Shown piece by piece: positions 1-13,200 of a DNA stretch of 64,000 nucleotides. Numbering within the stretch: position 1 is the first letter of the stretch; every line of letters begins with the position of its first letter. The stretch is from Candidatus Nanoarchaeia archaeon (lineage in GTDB: Archaea > Nanobdellota > Nanobdellia > Woesearchaeales > ARS49), in contig JBGPSD010000001.1 in assembly GCA_041489925.1 (NCBI GenBank), positions 4,930 through 68,929 on the forward strand, in the 5' to 3' direction. The notes under the pieces are model-generated. The model saw nothing but the letters and a program-made list of their open reading frames with translations. It searched no databases and was not told the DNA's origin. The position numbers and the translations under genes are program-made.

Positions 1-1195
<1,195 letters not shown>

Positions 1196-1279
1196 TTTAC
1201 TTTTTCGTTGATAAAAAGTAAAACTTCGAATTTGGTCGGTTGTTATGCTGCTCTCTTTTTATTTTCACAAGGACCGTTC

Positions 1280-1351
1280 GGGCCCGTAGCTCAACGGTAG
1301 AGCGCCCGCCTTGCACGCGGGAGGCTTCGGGTTCGAATCCCGACGGGTCCA
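1280..1351 (+). tRNA. tRNA-Ala (anticodon UGC) in the 16S-23S spacer
   Basis: GGGCCCG...CGGGTCC acceptor stem with G3:U70, anticodon loop CTTGCAC, T-arm GGGTTCGAATCCC, discriminator A; no encoded CCA. Confidence 0.95.
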
Positions 1352-1570
1352 TTTTTCGCAAGAAAAATGACCCCAGCTGAACCGAGTTCAGCGCGGGTCC
1401 ATCACAAATATCACATTCATACATCATATCATCGAATATGAACCGCGCGATTCAGAAGATCGCGCAGGTATGACGCAAATCGCAAACCAAACACTTGCGG
1501 TTGAAGGGCAATCAGGGTGTAGAAGTCCACTTAAGTGTGGACGAATTAGTACCACTTACACTACATGCTT

Positions 1571-1606
1571 ATGACGGCCGTGCAAAGATCGAGATATCTG
1601 GTCCAT
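1571..1606 (+). other. 5' strand of long-range 23S rRNA processing stem
   Basis: atgacggccgtgcaaagatcgagatat..gtcca is complementary to 4553-4590. Confidence 0.75.
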
Positions 1607-1649
1607 CACGAAGAGTAACATCTTCGTGAGCAGCAGAATAAGAATATTC

Positions 1650-4550
<2,901 letters not shown>

Positions 4551-4552
4551 CA

Positions 4553-4590
4553 TACCTGGACTATATATCTCGATTTTTGCACGGCTATCA
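4553..4590 (+). other. 3' strand of long-range 23S rRNA processing stem
   Basis: cctggactatatatctcgatttttgcacggctatca pairs with 1571-1606. Confidence 0.75.
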
Positions 4591-4604
4591 TTTTTTTTCT
4601 TTTG
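4591..4604 (+). terminator. T-tract likely terminating the rRNA operon
   Basis: ttttttttcttttg directly after the processing stem; archaeal terminators are oligo-T. Confidence 0.4.
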
Positions 4605-4629
4605 TGCAAATCAAGAACTACGGTGACGC

Positions 4630-5256
4630 CTATCTGTTGTGGGGAAATGCTCCATCTTTATCCCGTTTGCTTTTTGAAACAGAGACAGTAATTCCTTTAT
4701 ATGGGCTGAAAAATGTGACTGGGTTTGTTTTGTATGAAATCTCTTTTCCTTGGATGAAGCTCCAGCCTCTATAAATTACGTTTTCTTTTTGATAGAGCTT
4801 TCCTTGTATGATTGAGTATTTGTACCTATGAACTTTTTTACATACTCCTGGTACTTTGCGATAGTCATCAACATAGAAATTATAAGTGTGCATGGTATTA
4901 AGGTAAGAGTTGCCTAATTTAAGGGGTATTTTTTTCTTTTTGAGGTAGTTTTTTACGTAATCTTTGTAAGCAAATTCTTCTGAATTAACATTTATGTCAA
5001 TTAAAAGATGTAGATTCTTTAGATAAACATCTGCAGTTCGGCATTTATATTCGTTTCTTGGAAATCTGTCAATTTTAAATCCTTGAACCATTAGTGGGTG
5101 GACAAGGCTTACCCGTATCTGGCGCACGTGGGACTTATCTTCTTCGAGCTTGATTATTTTCTCCAAAAATCCCAGCTGCTCAGGGCTTACTCCCACTGCA
5201 TTCAGGATTAACTTGGCGGCTCTTTCATATTTCCGCAGGTTGTATTTTTGCGTCAT
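4630..5256 (-). CDS. hypothetical protein, Lys/Tyr/Asn-rich, visibly AT-rich gene
   Basis: 208-aa ORF; start overlaps the upstream stop (ATGA at 5253-5256); no recognised motif. Confidence 0.6.
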   Translation of the reverse strand: MTQKYNLRKYERAAKLILNAVGVSPEQLGFLEKIIKLEEDKSHVRQIRVSLVHPLMVQGFKIDRFPRNEYKCRTADVYLKNLHLLIDINVNSEEFAYKDYVKNYLKKKKIPLKLGNSYLNTMHTYNFYVDDYRKVPGVCKKVHRYKYSIIQGKLYQKENVIYRGWSFIQGKEISYKTNPVTFFSPYKGITVSVSKSKRDKDGAFPHNR

Positions 5257-6170
5257 TGCGCACTTCCCAAGGTTTTGTCAATAAACCTGACAATCGGTAC
5301 GTAAATTTCTCTTCCCGGATAATGCTCAGAGGCCCGCCAACCCTTCAGTTCAACATCCTCTCTAACAGGAATCATTGACAAAATCTGCGATAGGTTCGCA
5401 TAAGGAATGTTCCGCCTTATGTAATCAAATTTCATCAATCCGTTTGCATCTCTCTCTACCAGCGCGCTAGCTAAGATTTGCTGAGCGCCATAGCCTGGAT
5501 AAAGGTAACCACCAGGAATTGTCTTAGATTTCTCCCAGACTGCCCTGACAAAATCATCATCTTTTGAGGTGAAGCCTGCCTTCTGTAGGGTGAAAGTAAG
5601 ATTTGCCCAGAGCGTTTCCTCTTCGTATTCTGAGTTAAATTGGGTATTCCTGATTCCATTTAGCATCCTGTCTCTATGAAATTCTGCGAATCTCTTTCTC
5701 TCACCAGGAGTTAGGTCCATTACTGCCCTAATCAAGCGAGTATTATCCAAGCGAGTATTTGGTTGCAATGTTCCCGCAACCTCAAAATACCTTGAAGCAG
5801 AATCATAAATTGCTTCAATTGCCTCATTTTTGTATTCAGGATGCAAAAATCCCCTATTCTCAAAATAACCATTAACAACCCTGTCAACTTTTACCAGCCC
5901 AGCTTGCTCAGGGATAAGCACAAAAGCCTCGAGCATATCTTGTGCTTTTTTTTCCCAATGCGGAAAAGCATTTATTGTCTTTAAGCACCCATCCTCAACA
6001 CAAAACAAGGTGTCCCAATAAGTAATTCCGTTAACACCCTGTCTTTTCCCTTGGTCTTCTGCAGCAAAATATCTTCCGCTTACCTCTTCTGTTCTGCGCT
6101 CGAAATTTCCTCCTAGCGCACTGAGCATTCTGTCGCTCAAAGTTTGGTTGTCGTTCGTATTTGTTGTCAT
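5253..6170 (-). CDS. hypothetical protein
   Basis: 305-aa ORF with no antisense competitor; translationally coupled to the downstream gene; no recognised motif. Confidence 0.65.
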   Translation of the reverse strand: MTTNTNDNQTLSDRMLSALGGNFERRTEEVSGRYFAAEDQGKRQGVNGITYWDTLFCVEDGCLKTINAFPHWEKKAQDMLEAFVLIPEQAGLVKVDRVVNGYFENRGFLHPEYKNEAIEAIYDSASRYFEVAGTLQPNTRLDNTRLIRAVMDLTPGERKRFAEFHRDRMLNGIRNTQFNSEYEEETLWANLTFTLQKAGFTSKDDDFVRAVWEKSKTIPGGYLYPGYGAQQILASALVERDANGLMKFDYIRRNIPYANLSQILSMIPVREDVELKGWRASEHYPGREIYVPIVRFIDKTLGSAQ

Positions 6171-6204
6171 TTTAATACCCCCATTGGTTTAGTTCTGTGA
6201 TTAT

Positions 6205-6462
6205 CTATGATGCAATGCACAATGCGCCTGACTGAAGAGAGGAGTAAAGGTCATTCGCCGAATAACCTGTGGCCTGCCTAAGCCAAGGAACAAGCATCCT
6301 GCGTGCGTGCGTTGATTCAGCAACAGGGCAGGGCCTGAGTCCTGCATAAAGCAGCATGTACGGGTGCTTTGTGCCCTCACGTACAGTAATACCGGGAATA
6401 GCGCTTGCCATCCTTACGATTGTGGACAGACGTATGCCGTCCTGTGTTTTTCCAGTTGTCAT
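6205..6462 (-). CDS. small protein with possible HicA-like (dsRBD-like toxin) fold
   Basis: GITVREGTKHPYMLL..RPCPV..MLVPWLRQATGYS aligns by eye with E. coli HicA GVDVANGSNHLKL..RSVMP..AILKQLGLS; start set at the second Met, which shares a leader with the 305-aa gene. Confidence 0.4.
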   Translation of the reverse strand: MTTGKTQDGIRLSTIVRMASAIPGITVREGTKHPYMLLYAGLRPCPVAESTHARRMLVPWLRQATGYSANDLYSSLQSGALCIAS

Positions 6463-6550
6463 TTTGATACCCATAATTTGACTACTGAGTGGTGATTATG
6501 AAAACACGTATTTATACTTTTGTTGTAGAAAACCTACTACAAACAGATAG

Positions 6551-6558
6551 TTTTATAT
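6551..6558 (+). promoter_or_regulatory. putative TATA box for the TrmB-family gene (leaderless)
   Basis: ttttatat about 24 nt upstream of ATG 6582. Confidence 0.4.
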
Positions 6559-6581
6559 GCGCTTCAATACTGCTGTTCAGC

Positions 6582-7307
6582 ATGGTAACTAAGGAAGAAG
6601 CGCTTAAAGAGCTGAATCTGAGCGAAAAGGAAGTCAAAGTATACCTCTCGCTATTGATGCTTGGAAAGTCCACAGTTAACGCCGTGGCCAAAAAAGCCCG
6701 TCTAAACAGGGTTTCAACTTATGACATCCTTGAATCATTACTAAATCAGGGTTTTGTTTCATATGCAATCATCTCAGGAGTCAAGCATTTTGAGGCAGTT
6801 GAGCCTTCCAGGTTCCTGGATTCTTTGAAAGAAAAACAGGAAAAGCTTGAGGAGGTTCTGCCGGAATTGGAATCAATAAAAACAACCCTGACAAAAAAGC
6901 CCCAAATTGAGACATATGAAGAGATAAACGGCTTAAAATCAATATTTAATGACATTCTTAAAGCAAATAAAGAAACGTGGTTTATCGGCGATCCAAAAAT
7001 GCTGGATTCCCTGCAGTTTTATTTTCCCCATTTCATAAAACAAAAAAGAAAACAAGGCCTGTTTTCCAAAGTCATAACTTACGATTGCCCTGCAATGAGA
7101 AAATACAAAAGTGAAGCACCTGAAAGATTCATCAAAATGAAATTCATACAGCAAAAGGTCGAGATGACAAAAGTGATTTATGGGAACAAAGTCGCTTTTT
7201 TGACATTCAGAGAAAGAAATTCAATAGGAATCCTGATTAATAACGAAGAAATTGCAAACACAGAAAAAAAATTATTCAATATGTTATGGCTCAACTCTAA
7301 AGAATAA
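6582..7307 (+). CDS. TrmB-family wHTH transcriptional regulator
   Basis: LSEKEVKVYLSLLMLGKSTVNAVAKKARLNRVSTYDILESLLNQGFV is a typical TrmB N-terminal wHTH; alternative upstream starts at 6489/6498. Confidence 0.75.
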   Translation: MVTKEEALKELNLSEKEVKVYLSLLMLGKSTVNAVAKKARLNRVSTYDILESLLNQGFVSYAIISGVKHFEAVEPSRFLDSLKEKQEKLEEVLPELESIKTTLTKKPQIETYEEINGLKSIFNDILKANKETWFIGDPKMLDSLQFYFPHFIKQKRKQGLFSKVITYDCPAMRKYKSEAPERFIKMKFIQQKVEMTKVIYGNKVAFLTFRERNSIGILINNEEIANTEKKLFNMLWLNSKE

Positions 7308-7329
7308 ACCTTCTTTTTTCACTTGACGC

Positions 7330-8604
7330 CTATTCATATCTCAATGCGTCAACTGGCTTGAGCTTTGATGCACGGTAGGCTGGAATTACTCCTGAAACAA
7401 GGCCTATTCCCATTGCCAGAAGCAATGCGCCAATCATAAGGCGGGGGGATATTACTGTGGTAATTGCACCCCCTGAACCTGGCAAAGCAAACCCAATATT
7501 ACCGAGCAATGGCACCAGCTTTGATGCCCCTGCTCCCAGAGCAAGCCAGAGGATTCCGCCTGCAAGTCCGACCATTGCTGCGTTCAAAATGAAAACAAGC
7601 ATTATGTCTCGGTTTTTCGCTCCGATTGCCTTCATGATTCCAATTTCCTTGGTTTTCTCAAGGACTGCTGTGAACATTGTGTTTGCAATCCCCACTGCGC
7701 CGACAATCAATGAAACAGCGGCAATCGCAGCCAAGAATATTGTCATTGTTGATGCTATGCTCGTGAAGCGCTCTGCCTGGGCTTTTTGAGAACGAAGAGT
7801 ATAATCCTTTTTCTTTGTGCCTAATATGTGACGTGAAAGCGCGAGTTTTGCGTCAGCGTCTGCCATAACCTGGTCAACAGCATCAACGCTCGCGACCTTT
7901 ATCTGGATTGAATTAAAAGTAGATTCATCAATATCCGGAATTGTGTAGCGTGCTGCCTTGACAGGCATTATGATTGCACTATCACTTCCGCCCTCGCCGC
8001 TTTCCTTCAGTATTCCAACAACCTTGAAGACCTTGTCTTCCAGAGTGATGTCACGGTTAATGCCTAATGGCTGCTTGAAAACAGTATTTGCAATGTCGCT
8101 TCCAATAATAACCACATTAAGGTCAGATGGTCCCAGCAGCCTGCCTGTGTCAAGCTCTGAAGTGGTCATATACTGCCACACAAGAGGGTCGACTCCCTGG
8201 ACAGACGCAGTTGTCTTTTGTCCAAGATAATACGCGTCAACGCGCCCGGAAACAATTCCCTGGACAAATTTGACATTATTGATTGACTGCAATACTTTTA
8301 CATCTTTTATAGTTAAGTTTCCACTTGAACTGCTAGTCTGCGCTCCTCCACCGCCACCAGGACCGCCAGGAGGACCATCACGGAATCCGCCAAATGCGCC
8401 TCTTCCGCCTGGGCTGAGTGTTATTAGGTCCTCGCCAACTCCGGAAATACTGCTTTGGATACTCTGCTGAAGCCCTTCGCCAATGCTGATAATGGCAACA
8501 ACTGCGGCAACCCCTATAACAATACCTAGAACAGTCAGCCAGCTTCTCAGCTTGCTGTGCAGTGTTATATTAAGGGCGAGCTTCAGCCCGGTTGTTGTTC
8601 TCAT
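7330..8604 (-). CDS. ABC transporter permease, MacB/FtsX family
   Basis: N-terminal TM, large extracytoplasmic domain and C-terminal FtsX-type 3-TM bundle; Gly/Pro-rich insert GGFRDGPPGGPGGGGG. Confidence 0.8.
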   Translation of the reverse strand: MRTTTGLKLALNITLHSKLRSWLTVLGIVIGVAAVVAIISIGEGLQQSIQSSISGVGEDLITLSPGGRGAFGGFRDGPPGGPGGGGGAQTSSSSGNLTIKDVKVLQSINNVKFVQGIVSGRVDAYYLGQKTTASVQGVDPLVWQYMTTSELDTGRLLGPSDLNVVIIGSDIANTVFKQPLGINRDITLEDKVFKVVGILKESGEGGSDSAIIMPVKAARYTIPDIDESTFNSIQIKVASVDAVDQVMADADAKLALSRHILGTKKKDYTLRSQKAQAERFTSIASTMTIFLAAIAAVSLIVGAVGIANTMFTAVLEKTKEIGIMKAIGAKNRDIMLVFILNAAMVGLAGGILWLALGAGASKLVPLLGNIGFALPGSGGAITTVISPRLMIGALLLAMGIGLVSGVIPAYRASKLKPVDALRYE

Positions 8605-9947
8605 GCACTCTTCTTACTATTTTTTGAAGACCTTCTTCCAAGGTAGATAACAACACCAATTACAGCCAAAACTAATGTAGTCTCCCAGATTTTGGTAGAC
8701 GTTGATGGTGTTGACTGCTGGGCAGCACCCTGACCTGGCCTTCCTGCAAATGTTCCTGTTCCTGTTGTAGACTGCTTGAACTGCACAGGAACAGTTTTCT
8801 CAACAGAACGGCGCTTTCCAGCTCCGTCAGTGTATTCTACAAGAACCTTGAGCATACCCTGGGTTGTGATATTGCCCTGGGGCATAATTCTTGGAGCACC
8901 GCCACTGGGCGCGCCTGTCCTGTTAAATGAAGCGCCGCCAAAGCCCTGTGTTCCGCCGGCAGTTGATGCATTCCTTCCGCCTGTTTGCGTCAGTGGGAAA
9001 GAAACAAGAGTGTAGTCGCTCTTGTCAAGGTTACCGACTATTGCGACAGTGGTTCCATCCACGCGGAAGCCTTCCTGCTGTGGAATGCGGACAGTGACTG
9101 AATACGCAGGGGTTATTCCAATGTTCGCGACTGAAAGCGAAGTCTGGCCTGCTGAGCTTTCAGAAAATGCAACATCAAAGTCAGTCTCTCCTCCGACAAA
9201 TATTCCTGCAGTTGTTGCGAGCGTGTTTTTGCTTGTCTGGTTGCCAGATGCCACCTCATACTGCAGGTTCATGTTCAGCGTGTACAAGTCAGGCGCTGCA
9301 TCGACGCTTGCCATAACATTGTAGTGCAATTGCTCGCTTTCACCAGGGCCTATATAACTGATATAGCGCGAGTTTCCAGAACCGATTGGAAGGAGGACTC
9401 CTGTTGATTCACTCCAGGAAAACAGCGCATTCTTGAGAGGCGCGCCTCCAAGGTTGTGTATTGTGAAAGTTATTGGAGTCTCATTTCCTGGAATTATGCT
9501 TGTCTTGTCAATTTCAATGTTCTCGGAGAACACCTTGGAACTAACTGAAATCGGAAGGTCAACAATGGACCAGCCAATTCCGTTATTCAGCGAATACCTT
9601 ACCTTAAGGGAGTATGTTCCTTCGCTGACATCGTTGCTGACAAGCAAATCATAAGTCAGGGTTGAGGAGGTTTCGGCAGAAGGATATGCAGGAATAAGTG
9701 CAATTGTCTGCCTGGCGTTAACAGCTTCAGGAAGTGAAAACGGATATTCAGGGGTTACCTCAGCTATTACATCCTTGACAGGCGTTGAGCCGACGTTCTC
9801 GAAAACCACCTGCACCTGAAGGTTGTTTCCTGCCTGCGCAGGGTTTGGAATCTGGTTCAGCTTTGAAACCTGAACCCCTGCGACTGCAGCGTATGCGCTT
9901 GTTGCACATACCAGCATTAACATGACCAATAGCAATAGCTTTTTCAT
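8601..9947 (-). CDS. secreted, C-terminally anchored surface protein (COG1361/CARDB-like) of the ABC operon
   Basis: Signal peptide MKKLLLLVMLMLVCATSAYA, beta-rich repeats, C-terminal TM plus basic tail; 4-nt overlap with the permease gene. Confidence 0.55.
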   Translation of the reverse strand: MKKLLLLVMLMLVCATSAYAAVAGVQVSKLNQIPNPAQAGNNLQVQVVFENVGSTPVKDVIAEVTPEYPFSLPEAVNARQTIALIPAYPSAETSSTLTYDLLVSNDVSEGTYSLKVRYSLNNGIGWSIVDLPISVSSKVFSENIEIDKTSIIPGNETPITFTIHNLGGAPLKNALFSWSESTGVLLPIGSGNSRYISYIGPGESEQLHYNVMASVDAAPDLYTLNMNLQYEVASGNQTSKNTLATTAGIFVGGETDFDVAFSESSAGQTSLSVANIGITPAYSVTVRIPQQEGFRVDGTTVAIVGNLDKSDYTLVSFPLTQTGGRNASTAGGTQGFGGASFNRTGAPSGGAPRIMPQGNITTQGMLKVLVEYTDGAGKRRSVEKTVPVQFKQSTTGTGTFAGRPGQGAAQQSTPSTSTKIWETTLVLAVIGVVIYLGRRSSKNSKKSA

Positions 9948-9953
9948 TTGTTT

Positions 9954-10688
9954 TTACCTCCTGTTGATAATCTTCTCAATCTCGCCATCTTTCAGGCGGA
10001 TAATTCGCTGGGCGCGCTGAGCCAGCTCGCCCTCGTGAGTAACGATAATTATTGTTTTATGATGCTCTGTATGGAGCTTGCACAGGAAATCAATGATGAA
10101 CTTTTCAGTTGCGCTGTCAAGGTTTCCTGTGGGCTCGTCAGCGAGGATAATTTCAGGGTTGACAGTCAAAGCACGGGCAATCGCAACCCTTTGCATCTGG
10201 CCGCCAGAAAGCTGGGAGGGAAGGTGGTGAACACGGTCCTTCAGCCCGACCATTTCCAACAGTTGCAAAGCCTTTTCTTTTGCCACTGCAGTGTCTTCAT
10301 CCTGCAACTCCAATGGAAGCATCACGTTTTGCAATGCTGTCAATGTCGGAATCAGGTGGAACTGCTGGAAGACAAATCCGATTTTCCTTCCCCTTATTGC
10401 CGCAAGGCTTGATTCTGAAAGGTTTGCAATATCCTGCCCGTCAAGGAATATCTCCCCTTTTGTTGGCAGGTCAAGGCAGCCCATAAGGTTCATCATCGTG
10501 CTCTTTCCGCTTCCGCTCTTGCCTGTAACCGCGACAAATTCACCGTGCCTTATGGACATGTCTACCCCTTTCAATGCTGTAACATCAACTTCTCCAACAT
10601 GATAGACCTTCCACACTCCACTGAACTGGAGAATAGGCTTATGATCAACATGCTTCGGCTTAAGCATCAGCTTAGCGCGGGTTTCCAC
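9954..10688 (-). CDS. ABC transporter ATP-binding protein (MacB/LolD-like)
   Basis: Walker [10 protein letters not shown], signature [15 protein letters not shown], Walker [12 protein letters not shown]. Confidence 0.9.
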   Translation of the reverse strand: METRAKLMLKPKHVDHKPILQFSGVWKVYHVGEVDVTALKGVDMSIRHGEFVAVTGKSGSGKSTMMNLMGCLDLPTKGEIFLDGQDIANLSESSLAAIRGRKIGFVFQQFHLIPTLTALQNVMLPLELQDEDTAVAKEKALQLLEMVGLKDRVHHLPSQLSGGQMQRVAIARALTVNPEIILADEPTGNLDSATEKFIIDFLCKLHTEHHKTIIIVTHEGELAQRAQRIIRLKDGEIEKIINRR

Positions 10689-11100
10689 GGAACCATCCTC
10701 CTTTTGCCGCTCGCGGCGGTTTCATTTCAGCCATCCAGTCATACCTGTGGGTTGCATCGTGCAATACCAGTTTTCCTGTTTCAAGGTCAACAAGGTAAAA
10801 ATGCCTTGAAGTGTCATTTTCAGCAGTCACGCGCAGGACTTCTTTTTGCGCATCTCCCATGCGACCTATCTCTGAACTCGCTTCAATAGTGTAATTGCTA
10901 ATATCATCGCCGCTTGCCTGCAGGTTTTGCACAACAATGGCTTTGGCGCTTTCCATTTGCTCAGGCGTTGCCGGAGTCAATGACGGCCGGGAATGGCTGA
11001 AGCGAACCAAGCTTACAATCAGCAAAACAGCGAACAGTGCGATAAATATCAGTGATACAATCTTCCAATGGTTTACCGAGCTTTGGTTTTTTGTGGCCAT
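10672..11100 (-). CDS. N-terminally anchored small protein (PepSY-like?)
   Basis: TM IVSLIFIALFAVLLIVSLV followed by a soluble domain; first gene of the ABC operon; start set at MATKNQ. Confidence 0.5.
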   Translation of the reverse strand: MATKNQSSVNHWKIVSLIFIALFAVLLIVSLVRFSHSRPSLTPATPEQMESAKAIVVQNLQASGDDISNYTIEASSEIGRMGDAQKEVLRVTAENDTSRHFYLVDLETGKLVLHDATHRYDWMAEMKPPRAAKGGWFRGNPR

Positions 11101-11183
11101 AAACCAGGCATAGAGTGAAACGACATATATTTGTTTGCTGTAACTGGTTTCACTTTTATGAAACAAGAGCACTTGAAAAGGAA

Positions 11184-11714
11184 ATGTTTATAATGGGGGC
11201 AGAATTGGTTTCCTCTATGAAAAGATTCAGCCTGATAATATCCGTAGTAGTGCTTATTGTAGCGCTATTCCTGCTGTTTGACAAGCTCTTTACTCCGCAG
11301 ACATTCCAGATAGCCCTTGAAACAGGCCAGGAGGTAACAACGCAAACACCTGAATACTTCCCTTTGCAGCTGGTTTTGCTTTGTATAGTGTGTGCATTTT
11401 TCGTTGGCGCTGCATCAATCCACATTTATTACAACGCAGAAATACAGCAGATAGCAAAAGTCTTCAAAAAAGAGAATTTGGAAGAGAAATACAAGCAGAT
11501 ACTTTCGCTTTTGAAGCCTGATGAGCAAAAGGTTGTGCTTGAATTGCTTGGAGCCAAAGGGGAGATGCTGCAGAGCGCTTTAGTGTCAAAGCTGGGCATT
11601 TCAAAAGTCAAAGCCACAAGGATTCTTCACAGGCTTTTGCAAAAAGGGCTTATTGTCAAGGAAAGGCACGGATTCACAAACAAGATAATCCTAAAGAAAG
11701 AATCACCGCAATGA
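11184..11714 (+). CDS. membrane-associated wHTH protein (COG2512-like)
   Basis: Two TMs, then EQKVVLELLGAKGEMLQSALVSKLGISKVKATRILHRLLQKGLIVK. Confidence 0.6.
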   Translation: MFIMGAELVSSMKRFSLIISVVVLIVALFLLFDKLFTPQTFQIALETGQEVTTQTPEYFPLQLVLLCIVCAFFVGAASIHIYYNAEIQQIAKVFKKENLEEKYKQILSLLKPDEQKVVLELLGAKGEMLQSALVSKLGISKVKATRILHRLLQKGLIVKERHGFTNKIILKKESPQ

Positions 11715-11915
11715 CTTCCAGAACGCGCCTATTACTGCGCCAATAATCCCGCAAATAACAGCAAACCCGATTGTAACAGCAAAAGCTATTGTTATGAAAT
11801 TAGCAGAGCCGACACTTAATGCCCTTGTTACTGCATCAAGCCTTACCAAGCCCATACCCTGTAAAAGCCAGCCGAGAACAAACCCAATCAATCCGCCAAT
11901 TACTGCCTTTTTCAT
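11703..11915 (-). CDS. small Gly-rich 2-TM membrane protein, paralog A
   Basis: MKKAVIGGLIGFVLGWLLQ...ICGIIGAVIGAF; paralogous to 12926-13156. Confidence 0.6.
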   Translation of the reverse strand: MKKAVIGGLIGFVLGWLLQGMGLVRLDAVTRALSVGSANFITIAFAVTIGFAVICGIIGAVIGAFWKSLR

Positions 11916-11916
11916 T

Positions 11917-12021
11917 TTAATGCCTGAAGAACTGCAAGCCCTCTTCCAGAACTGCTCCTACAAAAGCGCCGACTATCCCGCAGGATGAGGCAACAAAAAG
12001 TATTGTCACAAAAGGTTCACC
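11917..12021 (-). pseudogene. C-terminal remnant (~34 codons) of a third paralog of the small membrane protein
   Basis: Minus-strand translation ENGEPFVTILFVASSCGIVGAFVGAVLEEGLQFFRH* matches the C-terminus of 12926-13156 (FGVTIFIASLCGIIGAFVGAILEEGMLFFKH*); homology ends at the methyltransferase stop codon. Confidence 0.7.
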
Positions 12022-12025
12022 ATTT

Positions 12026-12778
12026 TCATTTTTTCTTCACTAACATCATAAAATTAGACAAAGTAAAGATAAGCATGCCTTCTCTTTCAAGCTTACTTTG
12101 TAACCTTTCTAAATATCTAAGGTGTGAAGAAACGCTAAAATCATCAACAAGCCAAGCGGTATATTTAAGAAAATAGATTATAGCTCCAACATCTTTAAAG
12201 ACAATCTTACCTTTCCATTCAGCAGTCTTAAGTATTTCAAAACCTTGTTTCTTCAGTTCCTTTTTTCGATAAGATAGATTATTAAATGTCCATTTAGGTT
12301 TACAATTAAATGCTTTGATAAGATCAACCAGATTTCTTTTGCAATCTACTTGCTGGGTAAAGAATATTCCTCCAGTTTTCAGAACTCTATAAATTTCCTT
12401 AGCATTAATTGCTCCATGTCTATTAAGGATTAAATCAAAATATCCATCATCGAAAGGAATTTTATGTGCAGAATCAGCTTCAATAACTTTTACACCTACT
12501 TTTTTAAGATTCTTCTTTGCTACTTTAACATTGGGTTTGTACCCTTCAGTAGCGTAAGAATTTTTAGGAAGCGGAGCTAGTTCTAGAAGTCGTTCTCCTC
12601 CTCCAGTATCGATATCTAATAAAAAAGAACTGTGTCTCACCAATTTTTTAGCCATTTTGATATAATTCCAAGATGGACTTTCACTTTTCATCCTTTTATC
12701 TAAATATGAAAAGTCCCAACCTTGGAAAGGAGCATTCTCTTCCTTTCGCCATAATTTTAATAGTAATTTCTTATTCAT
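12026..12778 (-). CDS. class I SAM-dependent methyltransferase, AT-rich (likely acquired)
   Basis: Motif I LLDIDTGGGERLLEL; GGIFFTQQV post-I region; SD GGAGGT 8 nt upstream of ATG 12778. Confidence 0.75.
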   Translation of the reverse strand: MNKKLLLKLWRKEENAPFQGWDFSYLDKRMKSESPSWNYIKMAKKLVRHSSFLLDIDTGGGERLLELAPLPKNSYATEGYKPNVKVAKKNLKKVGVKVIEADSAHKIPFDDGYFDLILNRHGAINAKEIYRVLKTGGIFFTQQVDCKRNLVDLIKAFNCKPKWTFNNLSYRKKELKKQGFEILKTAEWKGKIVFKDVGAIIYFLKYTAWLVDDFSVSSHLRYLERLQSKLEREGMLIFTLSNFMMLVKKK

Positions 12779-12806
12779 GTCAAGAACCTCCGCGGGTCTT
12801 GAGTCG

Positions 12807-12826
12807 CGAAAACGCATGCGTTTTCG
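12807..12826. promoter_or_regulatory. perfect 20-bp palindrome upstream of the methyltransferase
   Basis: cgaaaacgcatgcgttttcg is its own reverse complement. Confidence 0.5.
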
Positions 12827-12862
12827 GGAACTTGACAACGCAAAGCGTTGCTCAAGTCATGC

Positions 12863-12921
12863 TCGGAAACCACCCTCTTACTTCTAGCTGAAGCCGAGTG
12901 ATTGCGAATTGTGGTTTCCGA
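12863..12921. repeat. 11-bp inverted repeat pair
   Basis: tcggaaaccac at 12863-12873 and gtggtttccga at 12911-12921. Confidence 0.6.
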
Positions 12922-12925
12922 CATC

Positions 12926-13156
12926 TTAATGCTTGAAGAACAGCATCCCCTCTTCCAGAATTGCCCCAACAAACGCGCCGATTATTCCGCACAATGACGC
13001 TATGAAAATTGTCACGCCGAAAGCAACAGCGAAGAAATACGCGCCTTCAGGGCTGATGGACTGCGTTACCAGCCCTGTTGTCAGCGAGCCGCGCGCCTGA
13101 ATCAGCAATCCAACAAGAAACCCTGCGATAGCCCCGATAAGCATTCCTTTGCGCAT
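12926..13156 (-). CDS. small Gly-rich 2-TM membrane protein, paralog C
   Basis: MRKGMLIGAIAGFLVGLLIQ...; start chosen by alignment to paralog A. Confidence 0.6.
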   Translation of the reverse strand: MRKGMLIGAIAGFLVGLLIQARGSLTTGLVTQSISPEGAYFFAVAFGVTIFIASLCGIIGAFVGAILEEGMLFFKH

Positions 13157-13200
13157 GAAGAACGAGTAGTATTTGGGTATAATAATATATCGGGTGCGTG

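Noticed and set aside
4605-4630. Looked for a 5S rRNA downstream of the 23S
   Set aside because: Only about 40 nt separate the processing stem/T-tract from the next protein gene. No 5S-like helices or length are present.
6489-6581. Longer TrmB start at GTG 6489 / ATG 6498, preceded by an SD-like GGTGAT
   Set aside because: The extension would add a hydrophobic 28-31-aa segment atypical for TrmB. The GGTGAT is part of the leader element of the divergent gene. ATG 6582 has a TATA box at the right distance. This remains a possible alternative.
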